From Thermodesulfobacteriota bacterium (GTDB lineage: Bacteria; Desulfobacterota_D; UBA1144): DNA of 64,000 bases. The stretch covers positions 8,614 to 72,613 of the forward strand of contig JAYYZJ010000004.1 of NCBI GenBank assembly GCA_036340075.1. The letters run 5' to 3'. Under the pieces are notes generated by a model, which worked only from the letters and a program-made list of their open reading frames with translations, did no database searches and was not told the origin of the DNA. The translations under genes and the position numbers were made by a program. Shown here piece by piece: positions 20,173 to 30,881 of this stretch. The stretch's first letter is position 1. Every line of letters begins with the position of its first letter.

Positions 20173-22152
20173 TTATTTAATAGCTTTAAGTGCCTTAATT
20201 ACTATATTGTCTTTAGTTATTTTGAAATGTTTATATAGGTCATTTTTAGGTGCACTAGCTCCAAAAGTTTCAACGGTAACAAAACTTGACAAGTCATCAA
20301 AATAACTTCTCCATCCTAAAGATAATCCTGCTTCTACTACAATTAATGGGGAATCTCCTAAAATGCTATCTTTAAAAGCTTTTGTTTTTCTCATAAATTT
20401 TTCTACACATGGCATTGAAACAACTGAGGCTTTTAGTCCTTGCTTGCTAATTTCTTCTGCAGCCGAGATTGCAATTTCAACCTCCGATCCAGATGCAATT
20501 ATAGTTACATCTCTTTCTTTTTTAGTTCCAAAAACAATTCTTGCGGATGGTTCTGTTAATTTCTTATTTTTTGTAATAGTGCCACCCTTAAAATTTTGTT
20601 CCGGTATAACAGATAAATCCTGCCTTGATAATGCAATAACAGAAGTTTCATTAGAAGTTAATGCATCAACCCAACAATCTAGGGTTTCATTTAAATCACA
20701 CGGTCTGTAAATATTTAGATTTGGTATAGATCTTAGACTCAACAAATGCTCTATTGGTTGGTGGGTTGTTCCATCTTCTCCTAAACCTATAGAATCATGT
20801 GTCATAATGTAAATTACATTCAATCCCATTATGGCTGACAATCGGATAGAAGGTCTACAGTAATCAGTGAAAATCAAAAAAGTCCCTCCGTATGGGATAA
20901 CTCCTTTGTGTAAAGCAAGACCATTCATTATAGATGCCATTCCATGCTCTCTAATTCCATAATGGACATATCTCCCACTATAATCTTTTTTAGTAATGGG
21001 AGTCATATGGCCAATCTTAGTATTATTTGATGGTGTTAAATCTGCTGACCCACCAATTAATTCGGGTATCTTAGGAATCAAGATTTCTAGTACCTTTTCA
21101 CTCGCCTTCCTAGTAGAAATTTTTTTTATATCATTGTTTTTTCTATAAAATTCTTTGTAAATATTCTTAATTAAACTTTCTGTAATTGAGTAGTTGATTG
21201 ATTTCTTAAACTCTTTAAATCTCTTGCTCTTGCTCAATTTTTTTTGCCAACTTATCCTTTTCTTTCTAGATCTACTTCCTGCCTTCCTCCAGAAAGATAA
21301 AATATCTTTAGGGACCTCGAATGGTTTATAGTGCCAATCCAAATTTGCTCTTGTTTTGTCAACCTCTTCAAGTCCTAATGCAGCACCGTGAGATTTTTCT
21401 GACCCTTCCTTGTTAGGTGAGCCAAAACCTATCTTTGTTTTGCAAGCAATCATTGTTGGTTTTTTAGATTTTTTTGCCCTAACAATTGCTTTTCTAATCT
21501 GATTATAATTATGTCCATCTATCGATATAAAATTCCAGCCATATGACAAGATTCTACTTTTTATATCATCAGATGTTGCAAGACTTGTTGGTCCATCAAT
21601 TGATATATTATTGTCATCAAAAAACACAATTAATTTGTTTAATTTCATATGTCCTGCAAAACTTAAAGCTTCATGGCTTAAGCCTTCCATTAAACATCCA
21701 TCGCCACTAAATACATATGTATAGTGATCAACGATTCCGTTTCCGAAACGTTTATTTTGAATTCTTTCGGCCAGCGCCATACCTACTGCATTTCCTAAAC
21801 CTTGAGCAAGAGGGCCCGTAGTTGTTTCAACTCCTGTAGTGAATCCATACTCTGGATGACCAGGAGTTTTAGAGTTTAATTTACGAAACCTTTTTATATC
21901 TTGTAAAGATGGTTCAGGATAACCTAGCAAATATAATAAGGAATAAAGCAGCATTGACCCATGGCCATTAGACAAAACAAATCTGTCCCTATCTTCCCAG
22001 TCTGGTTTTTTTGAATCAAACTTAAGAAACTCGGTAAAAAGCACTGTTGCAATATCTGCCATACCCATTGGCATACCCGGATGACCAGAATTAGCTTCCT
22101 GGATAGCATCTATAGATAAAAACCTTATAGCATTGGGAATTCTAGAATCCAT
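20173..22152 (-). CDS. tkt: Transketolase
   Basis: SGHPGMPMG, DRFVLSNGH, GDGCLMEG, GIREH, THDSIGLGEDG. Confidence 0.97.
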   Translation of the reverse strand: MDSRIPNAIRFLSIDAIQEANSGHPGMPMGMADIATVLFTEFLKFDSKKPDWEDRDRFVLSNGHGSMLLYSLLYLLGYPEPSLQDIKRFRKLNSKTPGHPEYGFTTGVETTTGPLAQGLGNAVGMALAERIQNKRFGNGIVDHYTYVFSGDGCLMEGLSHEALSFAGHMKLNKLIVFFDDNNISIDGPTSLATSDDIKSRILSYGWNFISIDGHNYNQIRKAIVRAKKSKKPTMIACKTKIGFGSPNKEGSEKSHGAALGLEEVDKTRANLDWHYKPFEVPKDILSFWRKAGSRSRKKRISWQKKLSKSKRFKEFKKSINYSITESLIKNIYKEFYRKNNDIKKISTRKASEKVLEILIPKIPELIGGSADLTPSNNTKIGHMTPITKKDYSGRYVHYGIREHGMASIMNGLALHKGVIPYGGTFLIFTDYCRPSIRLSAIMGLNVIYIMTHDSIGLGEDGTTHQPIEHLLSLRSIPNLNIYRPCDLNETLDCWVDALTSNETSVIALSRQDLSVIPEQNFKGGTITKNKKLTEPSARIVFGTKKERDVTIIASGSEVEIAISAAEEISKQGLKASVVSMPCVEKFMRKTKAFKDSILGDSPLIVVEAGLSLGWRSYFDDLSSFVTVETFGASAPKNDLYKHFKITKDNIVIKALKAIK

Positions 22153-22251
22153 AACAAGAAATACATTATCCTAAAGGAATTAAAATTTAAAGTTTTTTGA
22201 TAGATTAATTGAAAAAAGTATTTACTAATATAAAATTCACTATCTGACGAA

Positions 22252-23529
22252 ATGGCAACCGTAACTTATTTAAAAGCAAGGCAAATATTGGATTCTAGGG
22301 GTACACCAACGGTGGAGGCTGATATGAGACTTGATAATGGAAATATTTGTAGAGCTTCTGTGCCTTCAGGAGCTTCAACTGGATCATACGAGTCTGTAGA
22401 ATTAAGAGATAAAGACAAAAATAAATTTAATGGAAAAGGTGTATTAAAGGCCATTGAAAATATTAATTCTATAATATCTAAGGAGATAAAAAATAAAGAA
22501 TTTCAAACTATTAATGAGTTTGACTCGTTTCTAATTAATTTGGATGGAACTGACAACAAATCAAAAATTGGTGCGAATGCAATTCTAGCATGTTCCATGG
22601 CTTTCATGAAATGTTCTGCTAGTAATATGAATAAAGAAATTTATGAATTTTTAAATCCTGATGGTCCTTACCTTTTACCTACACCGCTAATGAATATAAT
22701 AAATGGTGGAGCTCATGCAAATAATGGTTTAGATATCCAAGAATTTATGATTGTACCAGCTGGCTTTGATACATTTTCTGAAAGTCTAAGAGCAGGCGTA
22801 GAGATATTCATGAGCCTTAAACAGATTCTGGAAAAAAAGAATTATTCAACAGCTGTAGGAGATGAAGGTGGGTTTGCTCCTGATTTAAAATCTAATCAAG
22901 ATGCTTTAGAGCTGATATCTATTTCAATAAAAGATGCAGGGTACAAATTAGGAGAAGAGGTTTACCTGGCTCTCGATGTAGCTGCTTCAGAAATTTGTAC
23001 TAACAAAAAATACAAGATTGATGGTAATTTGCTGCTGCCGGATGAACTTATAGAATATTACAAAAACTTATGCAAAAAGTATCCGATTATCTCAATTGAA
23101 GATCCTATCCATGAAGATGACTGGAGTAATTGGTCAAATTTAACCTCTCAGATAGGAGACCATGTACAAATTGTAGGTGACGACTTATTTGTGACTAATG
23201 AGGCGAGACTAAATAGAGGTATAGAAGAAAAGGCTGGGAACAGTATTTTAGTTAAAATCAATCAAATAGGCTCAATATCTGAAACTATAGATACTATTAA
23301 TTTAGCTAATTCTAATAATTTTTCTTATATTGTCTCACACAGATCTGGAGAAACAGAAGATTCAACAATTTCCGATATCGCAGTTGGAACTAACTCAGGA
23401 CAAATTAAAACTGGTTCTTGTTCTAGAACGGATAGGACATCAAAATATAATCAATTGATAAGAATTGAGGAATTTTTAGGAGATAAAGCAGGATTTGCAA
23501 AATTATCAACCTTTCATCAAAAACTTTGA
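22252..23529 (+). CDS. eno: Enolase
   Basis: DSRGTPT, VPSGASTG, GDEGGF, SHRSGETED, GQIKTG. Confidence 0.98.
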   Translation: MATVTYLKARQILDSRGTPTVEADMRLDNGNICRASVPSGASTGSYESVELRDKDKNKFNGKGVLKAIENINSIISKEIKNKEFQTINEFDSFLINLDGTDNKSKIGANAILACSMAFMKCSASNMNKEIYEFLNPDGPYLLPTPLMNIINGGAHANNGLDIQEFMIVPAGFDTFSESLRAGVEIFMSLKQILEKKNYSTAVGDEGGFAPDLKSNQDALELISISIKDAGYKLGEEVYLALDVAASEICTNKKYKIDGNLLLPDELIEYYKNLCKKYPIISIEDPIHEDDWSNWSNLTSQIGDHVQIVGDDLFVTNEARLNRGIEEKAGNSILVKINQIGSISETIDTINLANSNNFSYIVSHRSGETEDSTISDIAVGTNSGQIKTGSCSRTDRTSKYNQLIRIEEFLGDKAGFAKLSTFHQKL

Positions 23530-23551
23530 TTGTGTATTATAATAACTTCAA

Positions 23552-24970
23552 ATGAGTGCTAAGACTTTATTCGAAAAAATTTGGAACAAGCATGTTGTTC
23601 ATGAAGAAGCTGACAAGCCTACTTTGCTTTATATTGATTTACATTTAGTTCATGAGGTAACATCACCACAAGCATTTGAGGGGTTACGAGAAAACAAAAG
23701 AAAAGTAAGAAGAAAAGATTTAACTTTTGCTACGATGGATCATAATGTTCCAACAATTAATAGAAATACTATTGAAGATGAAATTTCTGCAAAACAAATC
23801 GACGCGCTAAGGAAAAATTGTGCTGAATTTGATGTTGAACTTTTTGATTTATCAAGTCCATATCAGGGAATAGTCCATGTGATTGGACCAGAACAAGGGT
23901 TGACTAGGCCAGGAATGACTATAGTTTGTGGCGACAGTCATACTTCAACTCATGGTGCTTTTGGTTCTCTTGCTTTTGGAATAGGGACTAGTGAAGTAGA
24001 ACACGTTTTAGCAACTCAATGTCTATGGCAGAACAAGCCTAAAACTTTTGAAGTAAGAGTAGATGGAAAGAGACAGAAAGGTGTTACTGCAAAAGATATA
24101 ATCCTTAGCATTATTGGCGAAATAGGTACAGCAGGAGCCACTGGAACTGTTGTTGAATACACCGGAGAAGCGATATCTTCATTGTCTATGGAACAACGAA
24201 TGACAATTTGCAATATGTCAATTGAAGGTGGAGCAAGGGCTGGAATGATAAGTCCAGATGAAATCACTTTTAATTATTTAAAAGATAAACCCAGAATTAA
24301 AGAAATTGATAATCTTGATGATTTAATTAAAGATTGGAGCAGTCTAGCTACTGAGGAAGGCGCGAAATTTGACAAAACTATTATTCTAAATGCAGATGAC
24401 ATGTCGCCGCAGGTTAGCTGGGGTACAAGCCCTGGGATGGTAACTTCAGTAACCGGAATGGTACCAAACCCAAAGAATGAAGAGGATCCAGTAAAAAGAA
24501 AATCTATAGAATCTGCATTGAATTATATGAATCTTAAGCCAGATACAAAAATTGAGGATATCAGACTAGATACCGTATTCATAGGTTCTTGTACAAACTC
24601 TAGGATTGAGGATTTAGTTGCTGCAAGCAAGGTTATAAAAGGAAACAAGGTCTCTTCTAATGTTAATGCAATTGTCGTTCCTGGTTCTCAGCTTGTAAAA
24701 TATGAAGCAGAAAAACTTGGTTTAGATAAAATATTCAAGGATGCTGGTTTTGACTGGAGAGAGTCGGGATGCAGCATGTGTTTAGGTATGAATCCAGATC
24801 AGTTATCTCCTGGGGAAAGATGTGCTAGCACGTCGAATAGGAACTTCGAAGGAAGGCAAGGGAAGGGAGGAAGAACTCATCTTGTTAGTCCTATAATGGC
24901 CGCAGCTGCCGCAATAAATGGAAGATTTGTTGATATAAGATCTTATGACATTGATTTTGGAGAATATTGA
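23552..24970 (+). CDS. leuC: 3-isopropylmalate dehydratase large subunit
   Basis: [41 protein letters not shown]. Confidence 0.98.
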   Translation: MSAKTLFEKIWNKHVVHEEADKPTLLYIDLHLVHEVTSPQAFEGLRENKRKVRRKDLTFATMDHNVPTINRNTIEDEISAKQIDALRKNCAEFDVELFDLSSPYQGIVHVIGPEQGLTRPGMTIVCGDSHTSTHGAFGSLAFGIGTSEVEHVLATQCLWQNKPKTFEVRVDGKRQKGVTAKDIILSIIGEIGTAGATGTVVEYTGEAISSLSMEQRMTICNMSIEGGARAGMISPDEITFNYLKDKPRIKEIDNLDDLIKDWSSLATEEGAKFDKTIILNADDMSPQVSWGTSPGMVTSVTGMVPNPKNEEDPVKRKSIESALNYMNLKPDTKIEDIRLDTVFIGSCTNSRIEDLVAASKVIKGNKVSSNVNAIVVPGSQLVKYEAEKLGLDKIFKDAGFDWRESGCSMCLGMNPDQLSPGERCASTSNRNFEGRQGKGGRTHLVSPIMAAAAAINGRFVDIRSYDIDFGEY

Positions 24971-24971
24971 A

Positions 24972-25565
24972 ATGGAAAAGTTTAAAAAAATAATTAGCAT
25001 ACCTACTCCTTTAGACTCAGCAAATGTAGATACTGACCAAATTATTCCTAAGCAATTTTTAAAGAAAATAGAAAAAACGGGGTTTGGTGAATTTTTGTTT
25101 TATGATTGGAGATACAATAACGATGGTTCTTCAAATATGAATTTCATACTTAATAATAAAAAATATAAGGACTCACAAATATTATTGGCAAGAGATAATT
25201 TTGGCTGTGGCAGCTCAAGGGAACATGCTCCATGGGCACTTAAGGATTATGGTTTTGCGGTAATAATCTCTACATCATTTGCTGATATCTTTTATAATAA
25301 TTGTTTTAAAAATGGGATACTTCCAATAATAGTAGGACAAAATCATTTAGATAGCTTATTTAGTAAAGCATCAGAATTAAACGATTTCCTTCTAGAGGTT
25401 GATCTTAAAAAAAATCAAATCACAGATAAAGATGCCTTTAGTCTCAACTTTGAAATTGATAGCTTTAGAAAGAAATGCCTTATTGATGGTCTTGATGATA
25501 TAGATTTAACTATGGCTCACTCTGAAAAAATAGACGAATTTGAAAAGAATTTAAAACTTGCTTAA
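24972..25565 (+). CDS. leuD: 3-isopropylmalate dehydratase small subunit
   Basis: NVDTDQIIPKQFL, NFGCGSSREHAPWAL. Confidence 0.97.
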   Translation: MEKFKKIISIPTPLDSANVDTDQIIPKQFLKKIEKTGFGEFLFYDWRYNNDGSSNMNFILNNKKYKDSQILLARDNFGCGSSREHAPWALKDYGFAVIISTSFADIFYNNCFKNGILPIIVGQNHLDSLFSKASELNDFLLEVDLKKNQITDKDAFSLNFEIDSFRKKCLIDGLDDIDLTMAHSEKIDEFEKNLKLA

Positions 25566-25760
25566 TAAATAAAAGACAACTGATAGAGCTATGCTGATAA
25601 TTATTGAAGTTCCAATAGGAATGAAGATAGTAAAATTCTCCCTTTCAATCTTAAAATCTAGGGGGATTTTCTTAGATAAAAAAATACTTATAAATTCATA
25701 AGAAATTCCTACCAAAATAAGTATTATTCCAAAAATTATAATGAGTTTGCTAATAGCCAC
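25551..25760 (-). CDS. DUF2905 family small membrane protein
   Basis: Two TM helices around PLDFKIERENFTIFIPIGTSIIIS. Confidence 0.75.
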   Translation of the reverse strand: MAISKLIIIFGIILILVGISYEFISIFLSKKIPLDFKIERENFTIFIPIGTSIIISIALSVVFYLLSKF

Positions 25761-25796
25761 AAAAACATTTTAAACTAATTAATACGGTATAACCAA

Positions 25797-27146
25797 ATGG
25801 GTAAAAATAAACTAGTAACAAAAACCAAACAATCTCAAAAGGGATTATTGAGTCCTAGTTCGAAGTTATTTATAAAACTTATCAATTTAAATCTGATTCA
25901 ACTTGGAGAATTAATAGACAAAGAACTAGCAGAGAATCCATGCATAGAGGAGTTACTCAAAATAGATTCTTCTAAAGAAGAAATCAATGTTTCAAGTAAA
26001 TTATCGAACATCCAAAATGATAGTTTAGGCTTTAACGAGAATATCATAGAAGATAGAACACTGACTTTTGCCGATTACCTATTAAGACAATTAGGGTATT
26101 TTAAATTAGACAAAGAAGATAAAAAGATTATTTTTTCTCTTATTCAATTAATAGACGACGATGGTTTTTTAAGCTACACAAATGATGAAATTATTACAAT
26201 AATAGAAGAAAAGAATAAGTTACATATCAACGAGATTAAAATTGAAGAGAGTATTTTGTGGTGCCAGAGAAATTTTGACCCGACTGGGATTTTTTCAAGA
26301 AGTACAGTCGAATCTCTCCTAGTTCAATTGGAATTGAAAAATAATCAGAATTTGTCTTTTTACAGAGAAATCATAAGCAATTATTTAGAAGAATTAGCAT
26401 CTGGAGAATTTAATTTGATAGCTAAAGAATTAAATATAGATTTAGAGATAGTTGAATCATGTCTTGATGCAATATCAGAATTAGAACCTAGACCAGCAAG
26501 AAACTTTATAAAAGAACAAGATGGGAGGTTTGACACAGAACCTGAGGCATTTATTTTGGAAGATAATAACAAGCTTCGAGTTCATATAAATAAAAACTTT
26601 AGAAATTTTGAAGTCTCATCTTACTATGAAAATATGTTGAAACGAAATACAGACTTAGATAAAGATGTTAAGGAGTACATTAAGGACAAGATAGAAAAAG
26701 GAAAAACATTAATAAAAACAATAGAAGAAAGAAATGAAATCTATGCAAGGGTTTTAAATACTATAGTTGATATCCAAAAAGATTTTATCAGAAAAGGGGA
26801 TCAGTATCTTAAGCCTCTCAAATTATCAGATATAGCATCTATAGTAGATACACATGAATCTACTATTAGCAGAATTACAAGCAATAAATATGTTGGCACA
26901 CCAAGAGGAACGATTAATATGAAATCATTTTTTAGTAATAAAGTAGAAAGTAAAGATGATAAGTCATCAGTTGCAGTAAAAGACATAATAAATGAAATAA
27001 TTGAAAATGAAGAAAAGATTAATCCTCTGTCGGATGAGACAGTAAAAGAAATTTTGGCTGCTAAAGATATAAAAATATCAAGAAGAACAGTTGCAAAATA
27101 TAGAAAGATGCTTAAAATACCATCATCATTCAAAAGGCGGTTGTAA
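25797..27146 (+). CDS. rpoN: RNA polymerase sigma-54 factor
   Basis: ELAENP, DDDGFL, HESTISR, PLSDE, SRRTVAKYR RpoN box. Confidence 0.93.
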   Translation: MGKNKLVTKTKQSQKGLLSPSSKLFIKLINLNLIQLGELIDKELAENPCIEELLKIDSSKEEINVSSKLSNIQNDSLGFNENIIEDRTLTFADYLLRQLGYFKLDKEDKKIIFSLIQLIDDDGFLSYTNDEIITIIEEKNKLHINEIKIEESILWCQRNFDPTGIFSRSTVESLLVQLELKNNQNLSFYREIISNYLEELASGEFNLIAKELNIDLEIVESCLDAISELEPRPARNFIKEQDGRFDTEPEAFILEDNNKLRVHINKNFRNFEVSSYYENMLKRNTDLDKDVKEYIKDKIEKGKTLIKTIEERNEIYARVLNTIVDIQKDFIRKGDQYLKPLKLSDIASIVDTHESTISRITSNKYVGTPRGTINMKSFFSNKVESKDDKSSVAVKDIINEIIENEEKINPLSDETVKEILAAKDIKISRRTVAKYRKMLKIPSSFKRRL

Positions 27147-27598
27147 TGAAAATCTCAAATCTAATTAGTCCAGAATTGATTTTTTTTGATATCGATTATC
27201 AAGATAGACAGAAGACAGTAAAATCAATAGTTAACAACCTATGTAATGTTGAGAAATCGCTAAATAACTCAACTATTGTAGAATCAATTCTAAAACGAGA
27301 AGAATTATGCAGTACGGCTTTGGATAACTATATTGCTATCCCACATGCAAAGATTTCAGGAATATCAAAAACTTATGCCTCTATGACTATTTGTAAGGAA
27401 GGAACAGATTTTGGATCTGTAGATGAATTAAAAACAAAAATATTCGTACTAATTTTACATCCTGAAAACACTGATAATAATCATCTTGAAATTCTCAGGT
27501 CTGTTGCAAATATTTTTGCCAAAAAAAGTATTGTGGATGAAATTTTATCTTTAGAAGACAAAAATCTTATCTATCAAATAATCCAAACCCATGAGTAA
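27146..27598 (+). CDS. ptsN: PTS EIIA (Ntr/fructose-type)
   Basis: REELCSTA..IAIPHAK with the phospho-His; follows rpoN. Confidence 0.85.
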   Translation: MKISNLISPELIFFDIDYQDRQKTVKSIVNNLCNVEKSLNNSTIVESILKREELCSTALDNYIAIPHAKISGISKTYASMTICKEGTDFGSVDELKTKIFVLILHPENTDNNHLEILRSVANIFAKKSIVDEILSLEDKNLIYQIIQTHE

Positions 27599-28094
27599 TG
27601 TTAAAGAAGAAATAAAGAAAATTAGTCAGCATGGAGTATTAATCAATCACAACAATATAGGATTGCTAATTCAAGGAGAAAGTGGGATTGGAAAAAGTGA
27701 ATGTGCAATTGAGCTAATCAATAGAGGAGCTTTCTTGATTTCAGACGATATAGTTATCATAAGAAAAGATAATGCTTCCTTGATTGGCGAATCACCAAAA
27801 GAAACTAAAGAATTAATTGAAATTAGAGGAATAGGGATAATAAATGTAAGAGAAATTTATGGATCTAAATCAGTCATGAAACAAACACAAATTGATTTAG
27901 CAATAGAACTAATAGAGTTTAATGAGAAACATGACTATGAAAGACTTGGATATGACAGAGATTTCTTACAAATACTTGGAATAGATGTGCCAATAATGAA
28001 AATTCCAGTTAGTCCTGGCAGAAATTTATCAACACTTATTGAAATTGCTATAAAGAAAATAAAATTAGAAACCAGCTTTATTAAAAACACTTAA
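27591..28094 (+). CDS. hprK: HPr kinase/phosphorylase, catalytic domain only
   Basis: HGVL, GESGIGKSE Walker A, DD, EIRGIGII, PGRNL. Confidence 0.88.
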   Translation: MSNVKEEIKKISQHGVLINHNNIGLLIQGESGIGKSECAIELINRGAFLISDDIVIIRKDNASLIGESPKETKELIEIRGIGIINVREIYGSKSVMKQTQIDLAIELIEFNEKHDYERLGYDRDFLQILGIDVPIMKIPVSPGRNLSTLIEIAIKKIKLETSFIKNT

Positions 28095-28111
28095 TACATT
28101 AGAATTTAGAG

Positions 28112-28507
28112 ATGTTTGGTATATTGATAATCACACATGGAAAACTTTCAGAAGAGCTAAAGTCTTCTGTCGAGTTTGTTCTAGGTGAAAAGATTGTAAG
28201 GGAGATATTTACTCTCAATATAGATGAAGATTCGCGCGATTATGAGACATATTCTAATAAAATTGCGAATTATCTAATGGAAAATTCAAATACTATCATT
28301 TTTACCGATATGTTTGGCGGAACACCTTCGAATATTGGTCTAGCTTATTTTAAGAAAGATTCTGTTGAGATAATTTCTGGAGTCAATCTTCCAATGCTAA
28401 TTAAAGCTGCAACGATTGAAAATTGTGAAACCTTCAAAGAAGCTGTTAATATAATTAGAGAATCGGGGAAAGAAAATATTATTGTTGCTGGAGACTTAGA
28501 AATTTAA
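28112..28507 (+). CDS. PTS mannose-type EIIA component
   Basis: IITHG, TDMFGGTPSN, GVNLPMLIK. Confidence 0.9.
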   Translation: MFGILIITHGKLSEELKSSVEFVLGEKIVREIFTLNIDEDSRDYETYSNKIANYLMENSNTIIFTDMFGGTPSNIGLAYFKKDSVEIISGVNLPMLIKAATIENCETFKEAVNIIRESGKENIIVAGDLEI

Positions 28508-28509
28508 TC

Positions 28510-28833
28510 ATGAGTGAAATAAACCATAAAGAAATACTTGAACAATGGTCAAAGATTTATTTAAGGAATGAATATGAAGATTGGAAGTTGGAAATTGACC
28601 CATCAATTAATCAGGATTTTGCTTCTATAGCACTTTTTTTAGATTATAGATCATCAAAAGAAGCAGGAGAACAGCAAGATGTATACAAAGGTTTTCAAAA
28701 AGCTGCATTTCTTGTTTTAGATTTAATAGGAGTAGCAATTATTGACGACCCAGAAGCAAAAACTATAAAACTTACAAAGAAAGAACGTGATAGTGAACGA
28801 GACAAAAAACTTGCAAAAGAAATCTGGGGATAA
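28510..28833 (+). CDS. Hypothetical protein
   Basis: 107-aa ORF tightly packed in the operon; no recognised motif. Confidence 0.6.
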   Translation: MSEINHKEILEQWSKIYLRNEYEDWKLEIDPSINQDFASIALFLDYRSSKEAGEQQDVYKGFQKAAFLVLDLIGVAIIDDPEAKTIKLTKKERDSERDKKLAKEIWG

Positions 28834-29633
28834 TGGATATATCAGATAAATACAGAGGATTCATAATAGATTTGGATGGTGTTATTTATCTAGATGGGAA
28901 ATTGCTGCCCTTCTCTAAGAATTTTGTTTCAAAGTTATCCAAGGAAGATAAAAGATACGTTTTTTTAACTAATGATTCTATTTTGCCAAGCAATAGTTAT
29001 TCAAAGCTTTTAAATAAATTAGGTATACCTTGCAGTGAAAATCAAGTTATAACTCCTATTAAATCCTTCGAAGAAAAAATAAATAATACAAAAAAAACCA
29101 AAGTTAAAGTTTTAGTGATTGCTAGTAAGAAGATAAAAACATATTTAAAAAAGAATAAAAAAATTAATGTAATTGATCCTAAGAAAAATTTTAAAAATGC
29201 TGACATAGTCTTGGTTGCTGGTAGTAGGGAGTTTAATTATATTGACCTAATGTACGCTTGTTTGGCAATACAAAACGGTTCAAAGCTATTTGCAACCAGT
29301 ATCGACAATACTTATCCAACTAGATTAGGAAACGTACCTGCAACTGGATCAATTATTGCAGCAATAGAGAAAGCTACCGGAGCAAAAGTCGAGAATTTAG
29401 GGAAACCATCTAAAAACATATTTCGTTTAGCATTAAATTCTTTAAATATTAAGAAATCAGAAATCTTAGTTATTGGGGATAACCTTAATACAGATATTCG
29501 AGGGTCGTATCAACTACAACTAGATTCTGCACTTGTATTAACAGGTAAAACTAAAAAGAAAGATTTAAAGAAATCTGATTACCTTGCAAAGCCAACTTAT
29601 GTTGCTAAAAATCTTAAAGTTATTTCAGGATAA
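28833..29633 (+). CDS. HAD-IIA family hydrolase (NagD-like)
   Basis: DLDGV, LTN, GKPS, GDNLNTDI, VLTG. Confidence 0.9.
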   Translation: MDISDKYRGFIIDLDGVIYLDGKLLPFSKNFVSKLSKEDKRYVFLTNDSILPSNSYSKLLNKLGIPCSENQVITPIKSFEEKINNTKKTKVKVLVIASKKIKTYLKKNKKINVIDPKKNFKNADIVLVAGSREFNYIDLMYACLAIQNGSKLFATSIDNTYPTRLGNVPATGSIIAAIEKATGAKVENLGKPSKNIFRLALNSLNIKKSEILVIGDNLNTDIRGSYQLQLDSALVLTGKTKKKDLKKSDYLAKPTYVAKNLKVISG

Positions 29634-29635
29634 GA

Positions 29636-30862
29636 TTATTCTTTGCTTCCTTGAACCATGCAAACCATTTTTCCAGAATGTTTATTTTCATACATATTCT
29701 GATGAGCTAAAGGAATCTCTTCATATGAATACACTTCAGAAACAACTGGTTTAATTAAACCCTGATGAACAAGTTCATTTGCCCTGATACATTCAAGAGC
29801 ATTTGCAAAATGTGAACCTATTACATCTTTTTGTAACATCCAAAGATATCTAACATCAAACATACAGTCATATCCTGAAGTTCCTGCGCATATAACTATT
29901 CGGCCAAATTTTTCTGCAACAAAAACACTTGTTGGAAAAGTTGTTTCTCCTGGATGCTCAAAAACAACATTAGGGCTTTTTCGTTCACCTAGAAGTTCCC
30001 ATATTTTTTTACCAAAATTTTTCATTTCCTGGAATCTTAGTTTAGACTCCTCGTCACTCTCATTTTTTCTGTATGCTAGATTAGGAAAATCTTTTCTATT
30101 GATAACACCTACTGCTCCTAGTTCTTCACATAATTTAAATTTATCATTAGACGAAACAACAGCTATAGCTTTCGCTCCTAACATTTTACAAATTTGTAAA
30201 GCAAATACCCCTAATCCCCCTGCGGCTCCCCAAACTAATACAACTTCTCCTGGTTGGACATTCGCTTTTGATACAAGCATCCTATATGCAGTAAAATAAC
30301 AAAGTGCATATGAAGCCGCATCAATCCAATTTAAATTCTTAGGTTTTTTTAATATTTGTTGAGCTTGCACTCTTGTGAATTGAGCAAAACATCCATTAGG
30401 AGTTTCGTATCCCCAGATTTGTGCTTTTTTACTAACCATTGGATCATAACTAATAAAATCTCCAGTTGATTTTGTCATGTTAGAATGTGGCTCTTCACTT
30501 TCAACTCCACAGTGAATAATAACCTCATCACCTTTTTTCCAACTTGTAACATTTGATCCTACATCCCACACAATCCCTGAACAATCGCTTCCGGCAATAT
30601 GGTGATCCTGCTTATGAACATCTAGTACAGAAATAGGCTCACCTAGCCCGGCCCAAACACCATTAAAATTTATTCCTGTAGCAACAACCAAAACTAAAAC
30701 ATCATTTGGTCCACACTCTGGTACTGGCATAGTTTCTTCTTGAAAAGATTTCATTGGTTCTCCATGACGTTCTTTTCTAATAACCCAAGCCCTCATTGTT
30801 TTTGGCTTAAACTCCAAATCTTCGGGTATAACTCCTATAGGTAACGGATCTGAATAACTCAT
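29636..30862 (-). CDS. ccr: Crotonyl-CoA carboxylase/reductase
   Basis: NFNGVWA, HIAGSDCSG, IWGYETP, TAYRML, VFEHPG, RYLWM, GSHFAN. Confidence 0.9.
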   Translation of the reverse strand: MSYSDPLPIGVIPEDLEFKPKTMRAWVIRKERHGEPMKSFQEETMPVPECGPNDVLVLVVATGINFNGVWAGLGEPISVLDVHKQDHHIAGSDCSGIVWDVGSNVTSWKKGDEVIIHCGVESEEPHSNMTKSTGDFISYDPMVSKKAQIWGYETPNGCFAQFTRVQAQQILKKPKNLNWIDAASYALCYFTAYRMLVSKANVQPGEVVLVWGAAGGLGVFALQICKMLGAKAIAVVSSNDKFKLCEELGAVGVINRKDFPNLAYRKNESDEESKLRFQEMKNFGKKIWELLGERKSPNVVFEHPGETTFPTSVFVAEKFGRIVICAGTSGYDCMFDVRYLWMLQKDVIGSHFANALECIRANELVHQGLIKPVVSEVYSYEEIPLAHQNMYENKHSGKMVCMVQGSKE

Positions 30863-30881
30863 ATTTAAAACTCCTTAATCA

